Positions 1 to 17,332 of a stretch of 64,000 nt of DNA are shown piece by piece. Below the pieces are notes generated by a model, which searched no databases, was not told the DNA's origin, and was given only the letters and a program-made list of their open reading frames with translations. Position 1 is the first letter of the stretch. Every line of letters begins with the position of its first letter. Where the stretch lies: assembly GCF_009914755.1 (NCBI RefSeq), contig NC_060932.1. One strand, given 5' to 3'. This stretch comes from the human T2T-CHM13v2.0 reference genome, Homo sapiens. A program made the position numbers and the translations under genes.

Positions 1-1855
<1,855 letters not shown>

Positions 1856-2772
1856 TTACTTAAAATAAGAAAATGCAGGAAAAGCACTTATGGTACCAAG
1901 AATGTACTAAGCACTCAATAAGTGAACATCAGAATCAACATCATCATTATTGAAAAAGCAAGCTTGGATTTTCTCAAAAAAAAAAAAAACCTATGGTTAC
2001 CTTTCTTTAAAATTTTCCTTTTTTAAAAAGATAGGAGAAGAAATAATAGCAAAATTTAGCTACAAAATTAAACAGCACAATTACCTAATAAGTAGATTAT
2101 TCTTTTCCAAATAGCATTGTGCTAAAGCTATTCTTATAATACACTACCATTTCTATTTATGTAAAAAAAAATACAAAGAAGTCTTAAGAGCTCAGTTTGC
2201 TGATAAGTTCCAAGTTAAAAGTTGATATACTTTCCATAACTTTCTAAATTCTAAATCAATCCCTCATTTCTTCAAGGCTACAATTATTTTCCCAACCCTT
2301 TCTCCCCATTCTTACTCCCCACCATCCTCTCTCAGATTTCTTAGACTTACAGAGGGTTAAATTTATATCTATATCCTCTTTGTACTTACATAATTTATAC
2401 AATAATAGAAACTGGATTTATAGTAGGAGTTAAGATACTCACATCTTATGAGGTAAGTAAAAATATGAGGAAGATGGATCCATTTTCAAGAAATATGCCA
2501 AAAGTTATAAAAATAACTTCTAAAATAATGATCTTGAAACCTCTCAAATTCAATAAGCTCCCTCTCTATATATAGATTCTATAATTGACCACATATTCCT
2601 CCTCTCCTGTTCTTTCACCTCAACAACTTACAGCTCTCTCTAGATTCAACCTTTCCCAGGAAGCCTTTTCTGGCTTCCCCATCCTTAATTTGGGTTAATC
2701 CTTCCAAGCACTTCCTTAGCAGGTTAATTAACCTAATGTCATAATAATTGTCTTATTAAAAATATTGTTCTT

Positions 2773-3097
<325 letters not shown>

Positions 3098-3285
3098 TTA
3101 AGCACCTGGAAAGATCATAAGTTACTCATCACAGTATCATCAAAACCTAGTATTAATGTCTATTAAATAAATGAACTTTAAGTGTCTGACTTAGAGAAAG
3201 ATAACTAAAAGGTGTCTACTATTTTCCAGTATTTTATATATTTACTATGACATATAGGCTATTTACACACAAAGACTATCTACAC

Positions 3286-3487
3286 CAAGCTTATTCAACA
3301 CAGCCCAGAACAGCTATGAATGTTCATAAACAAATTCATAAACTTCCTTAAAATATTGTGATTTTTTTTGCAATTTTTTTTTTTTTTAGCTCATCAGCTA
3401 TCGTTAGTGTTAGCGTATTTTACGTGTGGCCCAACATAAGCCCTCTTCCAATGTGGACCAGGGAAGCCAAAAGATTGGACATCCCTG
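3286..3487 (-). mobile_element. MER30 (hAT-Charlie MITE)
   Basis: Matches recalled MER30 ends; 8-bp TSD atctacac/atttacac. Confidence 0.82.
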
Positions 3488-3879
3488 ATTTACACGGAGA
3501 AAATTTATTTACAAAACCACATACTGACCTGATTAGTAAAACTGGTCCTAAAATCCCAATCTTGGATTTCTTTAAAAGCAGCAGAGATAATAACTTCCCC
3601 TTATATGCTCTTAGTCTTGTTACAAAGCAAATAGCTGAACTAAATTACACATTTGGCTTCTTGTAGTTATAGTGTTCCATGAGATTTGAACCTGGTGTTA
3701 TTAGAAAGAAACTCCAGCATCATATGAATAAATAGCTCATTAAAAAATTTCAATTTTAGTAGGATCCTCAGAGCTATTTTAATGCAACATACATGGTAAA
3801 AACAAACAAACAAAAAACCTCTAACAAAGCCTAACATGACAAAAAAAAAGGACTTTATTAAATATTAAAAAAAATTGGA

Positions 3880-4205
<326 letters not shown>

Positions 4206-4299
4206 TCAGAGAGTAATTCAAAAAATAATAGTAATTATGTGTTTTGGGTAAATTTGAGGGCTTCCAACAAGCAGGCCAACACAATTTAAAGGTTGACTA

Positions 4300-4731
<432 letters not shown>

Positions 4732-5280
4732 CTACTTAGCCACCTATCTATTGAGTGAAATAAAACACTAGATGACTTATGTTAATTTAGTGTTACTAGT
4801 TTTAGTTACCAGTTATTAGTTTTATTATTCTAATTTAGTATTAAATTACATGAAAATCTGAGCCATTTGAGCAAAACAATAATGAAAGAATAAAAAGCAC
4901 ATGCTTCCTAAAATTGGTATGCATAGACGAGCTTACTACTCATTAAAAAATGTTGGACTATCATAACAAAGGCAACTAAAAGATAACCTTGGACTCCTAT
5001 GTCCCTAATATGCCTTATTCTGGGAGAGACCAATGATCATAGAGCCTATCAGAGATGAAGTCAACAGTATTAAACAACGTCAAGAAAAAATGAATTAATG
5101 TATTCTTTTACAATGTTAATTTTTAAAGGAGTCTTTACGCTTAAATTATTTGAATGTTAAACTAAAGAGGCAATGTTGTTTTCTTGATTTTCATTAAAAA
5201 GTCATCTTTTAATAAACATGCCTGTGCTTTTTTTTTTTTTTTTTACTGTTGTAACGTTTTATTAAAAGTTTCATCAATTT

Positions 5281-5580
<300 letters not shown>

Positions 5581-5776
5581 TCATCAATTTGATTTATCCT
5601 AACACTTACTTGTGTCTTTGTATGTGCTGTTCCTTCTGTCTAGAACAATCTTCCTACATGGGTCCTACTCATACTTTGGGAAAATCCTACTCATCTTTAT
5701 GACTCAGTTTGAGGGTCACTACTTCTATACAAAACTTCCCTGAGTCTCTCCCTACATCCTTCAAAGTAGACACTAT

Positions 5777-6144
5777 AGCTGACCCTCTCTCTATATATGT
5801 GGGTTCCATATCCATGGATTCTGCATCTTTGAATTCCACCAACCTCAGATCAAAATTTATTTGGGGAAGAAAAAGGAAGGTTGTGTCTGTACTGAACATG
5901 TATGGACTTTTTTCCTTGTCATTCTTTCTAAACAGTATAGTATTAACAATGATATATATGGCATTTACATTGTATTAGGTAGTATAAGTAATCTAGAGAT
6001 GATTTAAAAGTATATGAGAGAATGTGAATAGGTTATATGCAAATATTATATACCATTTATATAAAGAACTTCAACATTTATAGATTTTGGTATACAAAAA
6101 GGGGGTCCTGGAACCAATCCCCCATGGATATTGAGAGATGACTA
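5777..6144 (-). mobile_element. MER2-like (TcMar-Tigger) element
   Basis: ggggtcctggaaccaatcccccatggata and agtaatctagagatgatttaaa motifs. Confidence 0.78.
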
Positions 6145-6899
6145 CACTTTGCATTCCCCTAGGGAATCATATATATTTCCATTGTATCAATTATCACATG
6201 TGACTGCTGATTGCTTACTTGTCTGATTTCCCTATCAGGTTGTGTCCTTGATGGTGTAAAATCAGACTAATATAGAGCAGTTTTTTTAATGAATAAATAA
6301 AGTTCATTAAGACATCAACCATCTTTTCATTCCAGCTAACAGGGGACACTCTCTAGCACAGCATATACTCTTAAAAACATTTGCTGATTGTTGGAATGAT
6401 AACAAGTAAGATAAAATAATTTTTGAAGCAGGACATCCAATTGCTATTTGCTAAATAAATGAATAAAGACACAATGGTAAAGAAAAGAAAAAAGGTCAAA
6501 TGAATCAAGGAACAAGTTAATCCCAATCGAGAACTCTTTTCTAGGTATCATTAGGTGAACAAAAAATAAATCAATGTAAATAAAATTGTGCTGTCAGGTT
6601 TTATCAAGTTTTAACTGGCTACCCCAAATCTGATGTACTACTCTCTCCACACTACAAGAGGTTTGAAGAACATTTAAAAACTAATATTGTTTTTTATCCA
6701 CTGGTTATTCTAATAAATCGTGTTTACATGCCTCTATCTCTAGAAATGTCAAGGACTGTGGACAGTCATCAAGTACGATGATTTTTATAGACTAAATATT
6801 TATTTAGAAACAAAATACCATTGGGTAGTTCTGTAATATTCATTAAGAAAATTATCTAAGACAACTGTTGTAGAAGATTTAAAAATAAAAGTACCTCAC

Positions 6900-7010
6900 C
6901 TTATTTTTCCTGTTGTCATTGTACTTGATTAAGTCTAAAATAAACGTTAAGACTTCTTTAGGACAAAGATTATGAACATCTCTTAATAAAGCCATTGCAA
7001 CTGGCATAGT
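6900..7010 (-). CDS. TAF2: TAF2 exon 18 (TMPVAMAL...DNRKNK; 111 nt); intron 18 runs off the window
   Basis: cttttgtag|ACT ... AAG|gtgagg; cumulative CDS 2364 nt = 788 codons. Confidence 0.95.
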
Positions 7011-7310
7011 CTACAAAAGAAAAAAAAAGAACTTTTAAAAGCACAGAACCTAACTTTTTGTTACTACAATTCATTGAACTATAAATAGAAAAGGGTTACT
7101 CTTGGGCTGACATAGATATCTGGATGGAGCCTAACACCTCCACACCCCAACCCCTCCCACTGACAACATATCTCAAAGCATTCTAACATAAGAGAAGAGC
7201 TGGGCAGGAAACTAAGGGAAGAGTTCCATGACTGCACATCACTCTGTAGGCTATGTGCCTTGGCCTTCATTTGCTGGAGGAAATATATGTGATGTAAATT
7301 ATATAAATTC

Positions 7311-7394
7311 ACTTCTATGTGATACAGTGGAAAAGGCACAGATTTTAGAATTACTTCTGTGTGATACAGTGGAAAAGGTACAGATTTTAGCATT
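7311..7394. repeat. 42-bp tandem duplication (2 copies, 3 mismatches)
   Basis: acttctRtgtgatacagtggaaaaggYacagattttagMatt twice. Confidence 0.9.
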
Positions 7395-8130
7395 AGATGG
7401 ACCATTATTCAACTCCTAAGCTCTACTACCTTCTGTGCTAGGTGCCTTTAGCTCGTTGCCTATTGAGTAGGAGCCTCATTTCCTCACAATCATTTTCAGG
7501 AATAAACGATATAAGTAGGTGGAGCCAACCTTCAGTCTTAGAACAAATTGATTGTCCCAACACCTAATCCTCATGAACACCCAATCCTCAACCTAAGGAC
7601 AAAATGGTAAATTATCTGAAATGCAGCCTAATTTTTCTCTTTCCAAATTTTCATAGGCAACATTTTTAAGAATGTAGAAACATGACTTACACACACTGGT
7701 TAACTCTATCAGTAAAACAAAGCTAATTAAATGCTAGGCAGGACTACAGATGCATAGACATCTCAGTCTTTAGCACATGGCGAGATATGGACTAGCCCCT
7801 CTTCTTACTCAAAATAACTATATCCTCTAAAATGGAGGTCAGAAAGGAAAACGGCTCATTTTCTTGCTTGAAGAAGCAGAGATAACAAGAGCAACAACAG
7901 TCAGTTTTAGTACTATAGGAACAACTGAGGGAAAGGCGCTTTTCCGTAGAAATACCTGTCTTATGCCTTTTCTGCCCTTTGAGACTCAAGTTTCATTTAG
8001 GCACCAATCTCTCTCTCTCTCCTGTCCACTAGAAGTATTATCAGAAAGGTGAATTGGTATAAAAGCATTGACTTTCCAATTTTTTTGACAGTAGCTAACA
8101 GGAAAAAATACATTTTGTAACACAACCTAA

Positions 8131-8131
<1 letters not shown>

Positions 8132-8165
<34 letters not shown>
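8132..8165. repeat. (CA)n microsatellite
   Basis: Directly visible. Confidence 0.95.
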
Positions 8166-8167
<2 letters not shown>

Positions 8168-9540
8168 CAGATGCAACGTATACAAATTTAAAAGTGAACC
8201 CCAAATGCCTTATATTGAATACTACCTATTCTGTTTTATTTAAAATAAAAATAAAAATAGAAATAAAAACTACACTGATTTCATGATCCCTTCACTAATG
8301 GTTCATAACTCCAATTTGAAACACTGACCTAAGCTACATGAAAGCACAGTGGCATCATGAGACAGATATATCAGGTGGACACAGAAATTAACTTGCTTCT
8401 ATACCATAAATTCGTGAAATGGTAATACAGAGCAGTTCTTAAAAACAAAATAACAGGATGCCACAGACTTCTTTGATCACACCATTATTACCTTTCCCAA
8501 AACTTGGATCATCCTGAATCTGTCCTGATTAGATTTACTATAAATACATTCTGGCTTCCACTCTCAAAAGGCACCCCAGTGCTGCTGTGCAACCTACTTC
8601 TTTTCCATCGTAAATAAATTTCAACTTGCCTAACATTCCCCTCAACATCTATCTTTTCACTTGTTTTTAATCTACATTCCACCTGCCTCAAAAAAAGGAA
8701 TGTTGTTTTCTAAAATTTACTTCCTTAATGTGCCCCACCCTCTAACACTTCCAGAACTTGCTCAGCCGTCTCTATTTACTTTCTCCCACCTGACTATTCC
8801 ATCTCTGCCTCTTCACTGGCTCTTTTCCCTGTGTCATATATGCCTCAAGTTTGTTCTTCCCCTGTACAAAACAAACCCAAGAAGTCCTTTTCTCAACCTT
8901 GCTTCATCCTCAACATAGTATCCGTTCTTATATCTTTGACTAAAATCTTGAAAGAATAGGCTTCATTAGTTCTCTCTACTTCAACTTCACTCCTCCTTTC
9001 TAGTTCAATCTAGTTAATCTGATCTCTGCCTTCATTATTATGAAATTACTAAAAAAAAACCTCTATGTATGATATCCAAATAGCTCAAATGCTGACCATC
9101 CTGTCATTCCCATATCCTTTCCTAAAACAATGACTCTAACCACCACTTTCTAAAAATTCCACTTATAGAAAACTTAATATAAGCATAGTATAAAACACTT
9201 TACATACTTGATCTTAATTCCAAAAAAGATAAATTTTAAACTGAGGTGCAGAAGGTTAAGAAACTTATGCATGTGCAAACTGCTAGTGAGTAGTGGACTG
9301 GGACTAAAACTAGAGCTCTATGCTGTGCTGTCTCTGACTCAGATGTGCTGTCCACATTCTAGGACTGCCAATCGAAGGGCTTACTCACTTCTCCATCCCC
9401 CAGGTAACCAACCAAAAAGGCAAATTAAACATTTCTGGACACTTTAATATTAATGTGGCCAATGAGTTACTTGCACACAGATCACAAAATCAATAATCAC
9501 TTAATCAAAGTTTGGAAAAATGTTTAAAAGTAAAAAAAGA

Positions 9541-9889
<349 letters not shown>

Positions 9890-9939
9890 TTAAACTGAAA
9901 TATATAAAAACCATGAGAAAATTAGAAAGTAAACTGTAC

Positions 9940-10080
9940 CTTTTGTAGAAAATAGCTTTGAAAGCTCATAAAGTTGTTTGTTTTCACAATGTTTGGACAA
10001 CTTTTACAACAAAACATCCTAGTGAAGAGTGACTTCATGGCTGGTGGTCCTGTCCATGTGCTCACCATTGAATTTGCAAT
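9940..10080 (-). CDS. TAF2: TAF2 exon 17 (IANSMVST...SYFLQK; 141 nt)
   Basis: tttgcag|ATT ... AAG|gtacag; overlaps ORF 9922..10128. Confidence 0.95.
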
Positions 10081-10221
10081 CTGCAAATAATTAGAAAACA
10101 AAGTAATTTCCATTACCAATGCAAACATACTTTAAAATAAAACAGCTTCTTAAAAGTTATCAATACTACAACTGGATTGGGTTTTCAACAACTTCACTTC
10201 TCAGAAATTTATAACAATTTA

Positions 10222-10575
<354 letters not shown>

Positions 10576-10579
10576 TTAT

Positions 10580-10874
10580 TTTTCCTCTTTTTTTTTTTTG
10601 GAGATGGAGTCTCGTTCTATCGCTCAGGCTATGGTGCGATCATGGCTCACTGCAACCTCTGCCTCCCGGGCTCCAGAGATTCTCCTGCCTCAGCCTCCTG
10701 AGTAGCTGGAACTACAGGTGCAGACAACCACACCTGGCTAATTTTTGTATTTTTGGTAGAGATGGGGTTTCACCATGTAGGCCAGGTTGGTCTTGAACTA
10801 TTGACCTCAAGTGATCCGCCTGCCTCGGACTCCCAAAGTGTTAGGATTACAGGCGTGAGCCACTGCACTCGGCC
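10580..10874 (-). mobile_element. AluS, tail-to-tail with the previous Alu
   Basis: Reverse Alu consensus. Confidence 0.9.
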
Positions 10875-11744
10875 GAAAAAATTCTTACATGTATTTATAA
10901 TTATTTTCTACAAGTTAATTTCTAAATGGCAGTATTAAGTTTTAGAAAAATATGTATGCAAAAGACTTATATTTTGAATAGTCTGTCTTTATTCGTTTAG
11001 ACAGATATAATTCTAATATTTTAACCTTATGAGACAGAAACATCATCATGAATTTTAAATAAGGTTTTTCAATCTACCCTAACTGAACCAGAAGCCAAAT
11101 ACAGTGCTACTATTTAAGGCTGTAAGCATGCTTTACAAAAGCATATCTTGCTTTACCCTATGTCTTGCTATTGATATTTTTAGGGTATATAAAAATCATG
11201 CCCCAAAAAATGAAATTATGATTAAACAACATATTCTACAATTTTATAGACCTGCTAAGATTTTAGCATACAGGGATCACAAAGATCTTTATAGAAACAT
11301 TGAAATTATATCTTCTGCAGATGGTTTTATCAAGGAAAATCACTGCTTTCTCATATATCTGAGAACACAGGAATTCAACTACTCACTTATTATCATTAAA
11401 AATAAATCAAAACCATTATTAACTTGTTGAAATATAGGACATATGGATTTAACAGTGAGGAAGGCAAGAGTCACTAAATGGAAAATGAACCTATTATCAA
11501 GTTTTTAAAAAATACCTGGAAAACATTATTTCTGGACAAAGTTTTGTCTGCATTTTTCTGATTTTCATTTGTTCTACCTTCAGATAATTTGCATCTAAAA
11601 AACATATTTGGTTTTCTTAATTAACTTTTCTAGAATATTATAGTCTACCATTCTAAGTTACTTATCACTAATACCAATTTATAAACTCAAATCAACGTGA
11701 ATAATTATTACAGTGGGATAATTAAGATTAATCAATCAATCAAG

Positions 11745-11875
11745 CACAGTGGAGCATGGTGGCACATGCCTGTAATCCCAGCTGTGTTGGGGGCTGAGGC
11801 AGGAGTATCACTCAGGCTCAAGGGTTCGAGACCAGCCTGGGCAACATTGTGAGATCTTGTCTTTATTTAAAAAAA
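11745..11875 (+). mobile_element. Alu monomer (FLAM-like) followed by (CA)n
   Basis: Single diverged arm with A tail. Confidence 0.8.
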
Positions 11876-12265
11876 CAAAATACACACACCCACAGACACA
11901 CACACACACACACAGAGATTTCATGTACTACAATGTAAAACATCACTCAAACCAAGGAATTGCTCACCAAATATATTCTTCGCTTTAAAAATGTGGTTGG
12001 CAATTCAACAAAATGGTGAAAATTCTCTTTGATTTTTAAAATCTAACTTTTCATTTTGACAATTATAAAATTATTCTGCATATCTATTTTCAGATCAAAA
12101 CATGTTTCTTTCAAAACAGTCCTATTAATTTAAAAGCACTTTGGCAAAAGCTTTCAAAGAATCAGCTACCAAGTAAATTTAAAGACTAGGTGAATTTTAA
12201 TTCATTTTCAGAGATACAAAAAATATATACAATAGTCATTTCCTTTATGCTATATATAATCTCAC

Positions 12266-12518
12266 CTTTGCAAGACAGAAGCAAGCTGACATTCTTACTC
12301 TGTAGAAACACTGCTCTTGTTCTAATATATCAGTGAGTGCAAGCCGAGATGCTGGAGTAGGGAATTTTTCCAAAGCCAAAATGGATTCCTGCTGTGCAAC
12401 AACATCTCTCTCATAGCGGAGCTGATACTGCCACATAAAATCAGCTTGCTCAAATTCTACCTTCCTCAATACTGACATATCTGGGTCTATCCTTATCCAC
12501 AGCAAAGGGGAATCAGCA
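12266..12518 (-). CDS. TAF2: TAF2 exon 16 (ADSPLLWI...CFCLAK; 253 nt)
   Basis: ttcttgcag|T ... AAG|gtgaga; overlaps ORF 12245..12505. Confidence 0.96.
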
Positions 12519-13157
12519 CTGCAAGAAAATACAATTTTCTTTTTAATTTAATTTTTAAACTTATCATCTATATATTTAGAAAATAAATACAAAGCATTTA
12601 TTTACCAGGTTTCCTTTTAGATGTAGTATTCAAGACTGCCTGGAGTTTTACTGTATTCATTTTTTTAAACTGCACTGACAAATTTCTCATTATGTTTAAC
12701 ATATGTCAACTTTCTCACAATGTCTGATCTATATCAATCTTGCTAAAAAGATACTCAAAAATAAGAAAATATTAATTGTCTTTTACAAAGGACACTGAAT
12801 CTCTCATTTCCCATCTGAAATTATTTTGGTGATTTTGATTTGTGATTATATGAGGCAAAAAAAGAATGAGATGAATTTCTTAATTTGTTTAGCTGACTTA
12901 AGACTTTTTAAAAATACTAGACTCACGATCGCCTTTTTCAAACAGCAAGTTCTGAAATCATAATTTGGAGGTATATCACAAATTTATTTTCATGTATTTC
13001 TCAAAGTAACAAACACAGTTTAAAAAATCTAGTCTATGTCGACACCTTCATCAAAAGAACACCACCTGTAATATTAATTCAAATTCAGCAAATATTATTG
13101 TGTACTTACTACAGGCAGGGTACTTGCTATGGAAAAATCAAAATTAGCACTGATCTC

Positions 13158-13392
13158 AGCCAGGTGCAATGGCTCATGTCTGTAACCCCAGCACTTTCGG
13201 AGGTTGAGGCGGGTGGATCACTTGAGGTCAGGGGTTCAAGACCAGCCTGGCCAACAAGGCGAAACCCCATCTCTACTAACAATACAAAAATTAGCCAGGC
13301 ATGGTGGCATGCAGCCAGGCATGCAGTGAGCCGAGATGGTGCCACTGCACTCCAGCCTGGGCAACCAAGCAAGACTCTGTCTCAAAAAAAAA
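13158..13392 (+). mobile_element. AluS with right-arm deletion
   Basis: Part of the right arm is replaced by a repeat of agccaggcatg; TSD aaaatta(g/a)cactgat. Confidence 0.85.
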
Positions 13393-13659
13393 TTAACACT
13401 GATTTTGAAGGGCAAACAAACATAATCTGTATATAAACAGCAGTGATAATCTGGCAATCAAGTTAGTAAATAATTACAGAGGTTTTATAAAAAATATACA
13501 GGTACAGAATGGGCAAAATTAGAAAGTTTGAGCTGTATCATATTTAAAAATAAAACACTGTCAATCAATAAATATTACCACATAAAGTTTAGAACAGTGG
13601 TTTTTAAATTGTTTTGCAAGCATAGGGAGACTTAAGGCACCCAAGACCTTTGTTCTAAG

Positions 13660-13800
13660 GACAAAGAATCAATATCACCTGGGAGCTCATGAGAAATGCA
13701 AACTATCAGGCCTCACTAGTGTAGTACTGGATCAGAAACTGCATTTTGGGAAGGTCCCCAACTGATTCACATGCACATTATAGTCTGAGCACTGCTCTAG
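13660..13800 (+). mobile_element. MER5A-like fragment
   Basis: atcacctgggagct...agaaatgcaaa...atcagaaactgcatttt...cactgctctag. Confidence 0.6.
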
Positions 13801-14085
13801 AGGCCACAAAGAGAGAATAAGGAAGCTGCCTAGTCAAAGTTGTGCTCACCCCTCAACCATAATGCATTTCCTCTTAATTTCACCTAGGCCCTGGCAGACT
13901 TACTTTTTATCTCTGATTAGTTATGATTTTACATAAACTGTTTTAACATAGGGTTTCTATTAAATTAAAATAATGTTAAAGCACTCATTTGGAGGACAGT
14001 TATACACTTTTACGTACGCATAACAAAGTAGACAGATGAGAATGCAGAAAGTATTATAACCTTATATTTAAGTTAACTAACTTAC

Positions 14086-14151
14086 TCCATTGCAGAAAGA
14101 TCCATATCAACTTCTTCTCCATTCATCAGTGGGATTTTTTTCTTTTTATTC
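14086..14151 (-). CDS. TAF2: TAF2 exon 15 (NKKKKIPLMNGEEVDMDLSAMD; 66 nt)
   Basis: aatgtag|G ... GGA|gtaagt; frame continuous. Confidence 0.93.
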
Positions 14152-15525
14152 CTACATTTAAGAAAAAGTAGGTTGGAAAATTGTGAGATTTCTAATTCTG
14201 AATGGACATTAACAGCAGCTAAAATTCAAATAAAGTATTTCACACAACATTGAAAGCTATCCTTAGGAAAAATGGCTATCAAATGTAATAAAATTTAAAT
14301 AGAACAAAGTCTCTTTATTTTAAAGCTGGTGGGAATGAAGTAAACATCAAATTATTTTCCTGATCAAATGTTAACAAGAAGCATGAATATATAATAAAAT
14401 GTCAACCTAAAACATATATTCCAAGAACTGATAGCTGCAATTTTGTATAGAAAAGGGGATATATCAATAAAGAAAACTCTTAAACAGAAAAAGGATCAGG
14501 CTTGAAATGGGATACGAATAATTCTGAGCTGTCAGCTGCATATATGCAAGGTTCTGTCCTATATGAATTAGCTAATAAAATATCTTAAGAGTATTGATCA
14601 ATATGTAGAACCAATTAATACGCACAAGGTTCAAGATAAGCAAAAACAAAAGCAACAGTTTTTATGTTAACTGGGGAAGGGCAAATAAAAACAGGAACAG
14701 AGAAAACTTTTCCTGTGTTCCTCATACCAAAGAATACTCCAAATGACATTCTGTTATTACAGAGAAAAAAACCTGAGAATAGCAATCAAATGTTACCAAT
14801 TTCCAAGGTGGATAGGACAAAAAGAAATAAGAATCTCACTCTGATTTAAGAAAGCATTTTCTCAGAGTAAGAATGACTATAAGAAGATTTCAGAATCAAG
14901 TTCCTTAAAAGACTTCAAAGTCAACAGACACTCTCATCTATCTGAGTGAACTAAACACAGTCATGAGTATAATACAACTTCTGTTCCTGAAAGTTCGTAT
15001 TTCTCCAGCAAAGCACAGATATGTTCTCATCTCTCACTGTTCAGAATACATACTAATTGTTGTGTTAAATAAGGGGTAAATGAAGAATATATTAAAGAAA
15101 AGTGGCAATTTGCCTTTGAAATACATCAAGAATGTTCTGAAGGGGCATGCTGATATAGAGAAAAAAGAAAAAAAGACATAGTAAGCAAGATGTAGAGGCT
15201 TTTCATGACATATTCAGTTCTTTCCCTTCAATCACCATTTTTCTAATATTTCCTCTAGGTATTAATCCAACAAGACTAACAAGAATGAACCTATTTGTCT
15301 TGAATTTTTTTCTAGTACCAAAAACTAAAACTTTCATTCTAGCTCCTCGGCCTCTACCTTCAAACAAAATGAGGATTCTTAAAACTAAATGTTAAAAATT
15401 CTTATAAAAATGTCATCAAGAAGGCAAGCAAACAAAGAATGTTTGGTAATACTAACTGGAAGTAAAATGAGGAAAAAAAGATACCTGATAACATGTTCTC
15501 TACCTAAAAAATTAGGTATACATAG

Positions 15526-15808
15526 GCCGGGCATGGTAGCTCACGCCTGTAATCCCAGCATTTTGGGGGGCCGAGGTGGGCAGATCATCTGAGGTCAGGA
15601 GTTCAAGACCAGCCTGGCTAACATGGTGAAACCCTGTCTCTACTAAAAATACAAAAAGTAGCGGGGCGTGGTGGCAGGCACCTGTAATCCCTGCTACTCA
15701 GAAGGCTGACACAGGAGAATTGCTTGAACCGGGAGGCGGAGGTTGCAATGAGCTGAGATCGCGCCACTGCACTCCAGACTGGGTGACAGAGCAAGACTGT
15801 CTAAAAAA
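15526..15808 (+). mobile_element. AluS abutting the L1 5' junction
   Basis: Alu consensus flanked by aaaaaattaggta copies. Confidence 0.9.
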
Positions 15809-15816
15809 ATTAGGTA

Positions 15817-17132
15817 CACCTAAAACCACAAAAACCCTAGAAGAAAACCTAGGCAATACCATTCAGGACAGAGGCATGGGCAAAGACTTTAGGACTAAAC
15901 ACCAAAAGCATTGGCAACAAAAGTCAAAATTGACAAATGGGATCTAAAGAAACTAAAGAGTTTCTGCACAGTTAAAGAAGCTACCATCAGAGTGAACAGG
16001 AAACCTACAGAATTGGAAAAATTTTTGCAATCTATCCATCTGACAAAGGGCTGATATCCAGAATCTACAAGGAACTTAAAGTTACAAGAGAAAAACCAAC
16101 CCCAGGGGAGGGATAGCTTTAGGAGATATACCTAATGCTAAATGACGTGTTAATGGGTGCAGCACACCAGCATGGCACATATATACATATGTAACTAACC
16201 CGCACATTGTGCACATGTACCCTAAAACTTAAAGTATAATAATAATAAAATAAAAAACAAAAACAAAAACAAACAAACAAAAAAAAACCCAACCCCATCA
16301 AAAAGTGGGTTAAAGATATGAACAGACACTTCTCAAAAGAAGACATTTATGCGGCAACAAACACATGAAAAAAAGCTCATCATCACTGGTCATTAGAGAA
16401 ATGCAAATCAAAACCACAATGAGATACCATCTCACGCCAGTTAGAACAGCAATCATTAAAAAGTTAGGAAACAACACATGCTGGAGAGGATGTGGAGAAA
16501 TAGGAATGCTTTTACACTGTTGGTGGAAGTGTAAATTAGTTCAACCATTGTGGAAGACAGTGTGGCAATTCCTCAAGGATCTAGAACCAGAAATACTATT
16601 TGACCCAGAAATCCCATTACTGGGTATTACCCAAAGGATTATAAATCATTCTCCTATAAAGACACATGCACACGTATGTTTATTGCAGCACTGTTCACAA
16701 TAGCCAAGACTTGGAACCAACCCAAATGCCCATCAATGATAAACTGGATAAAGAAAATGTGGCACATATACACCATAGAACACTATGCAGCCATAAAAAA
16801 GAATGAGTTCATGTCCTTTGCAGGGACATGGACGAAGCTGGAAACCATCATTCTCAGCAAACGAACACAGGAACAGAAAACCAAACACTGCATGTTCTCA
16901 CTCATAAGTGGGAGTTGAACAATGAGAACACACGGACACAGGGAGGGGAACATCACACACCGGGGCCTGTCAGGAGGTGGGGGGCTAGGGGAAGGAGAGC
17001 ATTAGGAGAAATACCTAATGTAGATGACAGGTTGATGGGTGCAGCAAACCACCATGGCACGTGTACACCTATGTAACAAACCTGCATGTTCTGCACATGT
17101 ATCCCACAACTTAAAGTATAATTTAAAAAAAA
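15817..17132 (+). mobile_element. 5'-truncated L1PA (ORF2 C-terminus plus 3'UTR)
   Basis: ORFs 16365..16703 and 16676..16918 are L1 ORF2 C-terminal peptides; ends cttaaagtataat plus A tract. Confidence 0.93.
16105..16283 (+). mobile_element. Short younger L1PA 3' end nested in the host L1
   Basis: L1 3' terminal ~130 nt plus A-rich tail; TSD aaaaac(c)caacccca. Confidence 0.85.
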
Positions 17133-17222
17133 TTAGGTATACAAGAGAATTTTTATTTTGGCATTTTAGTCTGTGAGATTTGTAGTTTAACTTTCAATTT
17201 ATAGTTATTATGTAATGCCTAC

Positions 17223-17332
17223 CTTCTACTTTTGGAATGGCAGGGTATATCATGTTTAAGGCTGTTTTCTTCAATTTGCAGTGTATGATTGAAGGATCCA
17301 TCTAACTCCTGCACTGTCACTTTAAGTGGTCC
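17223..17332 (-). CDS. TAF2: TAF2 exon 14 (GPLKVTVQ...CHSKSRR; 110 nt)
   Basis: T10-aaaag|GGA ... AAG|gtaagg; frame continuous. Confidence 0.93.
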
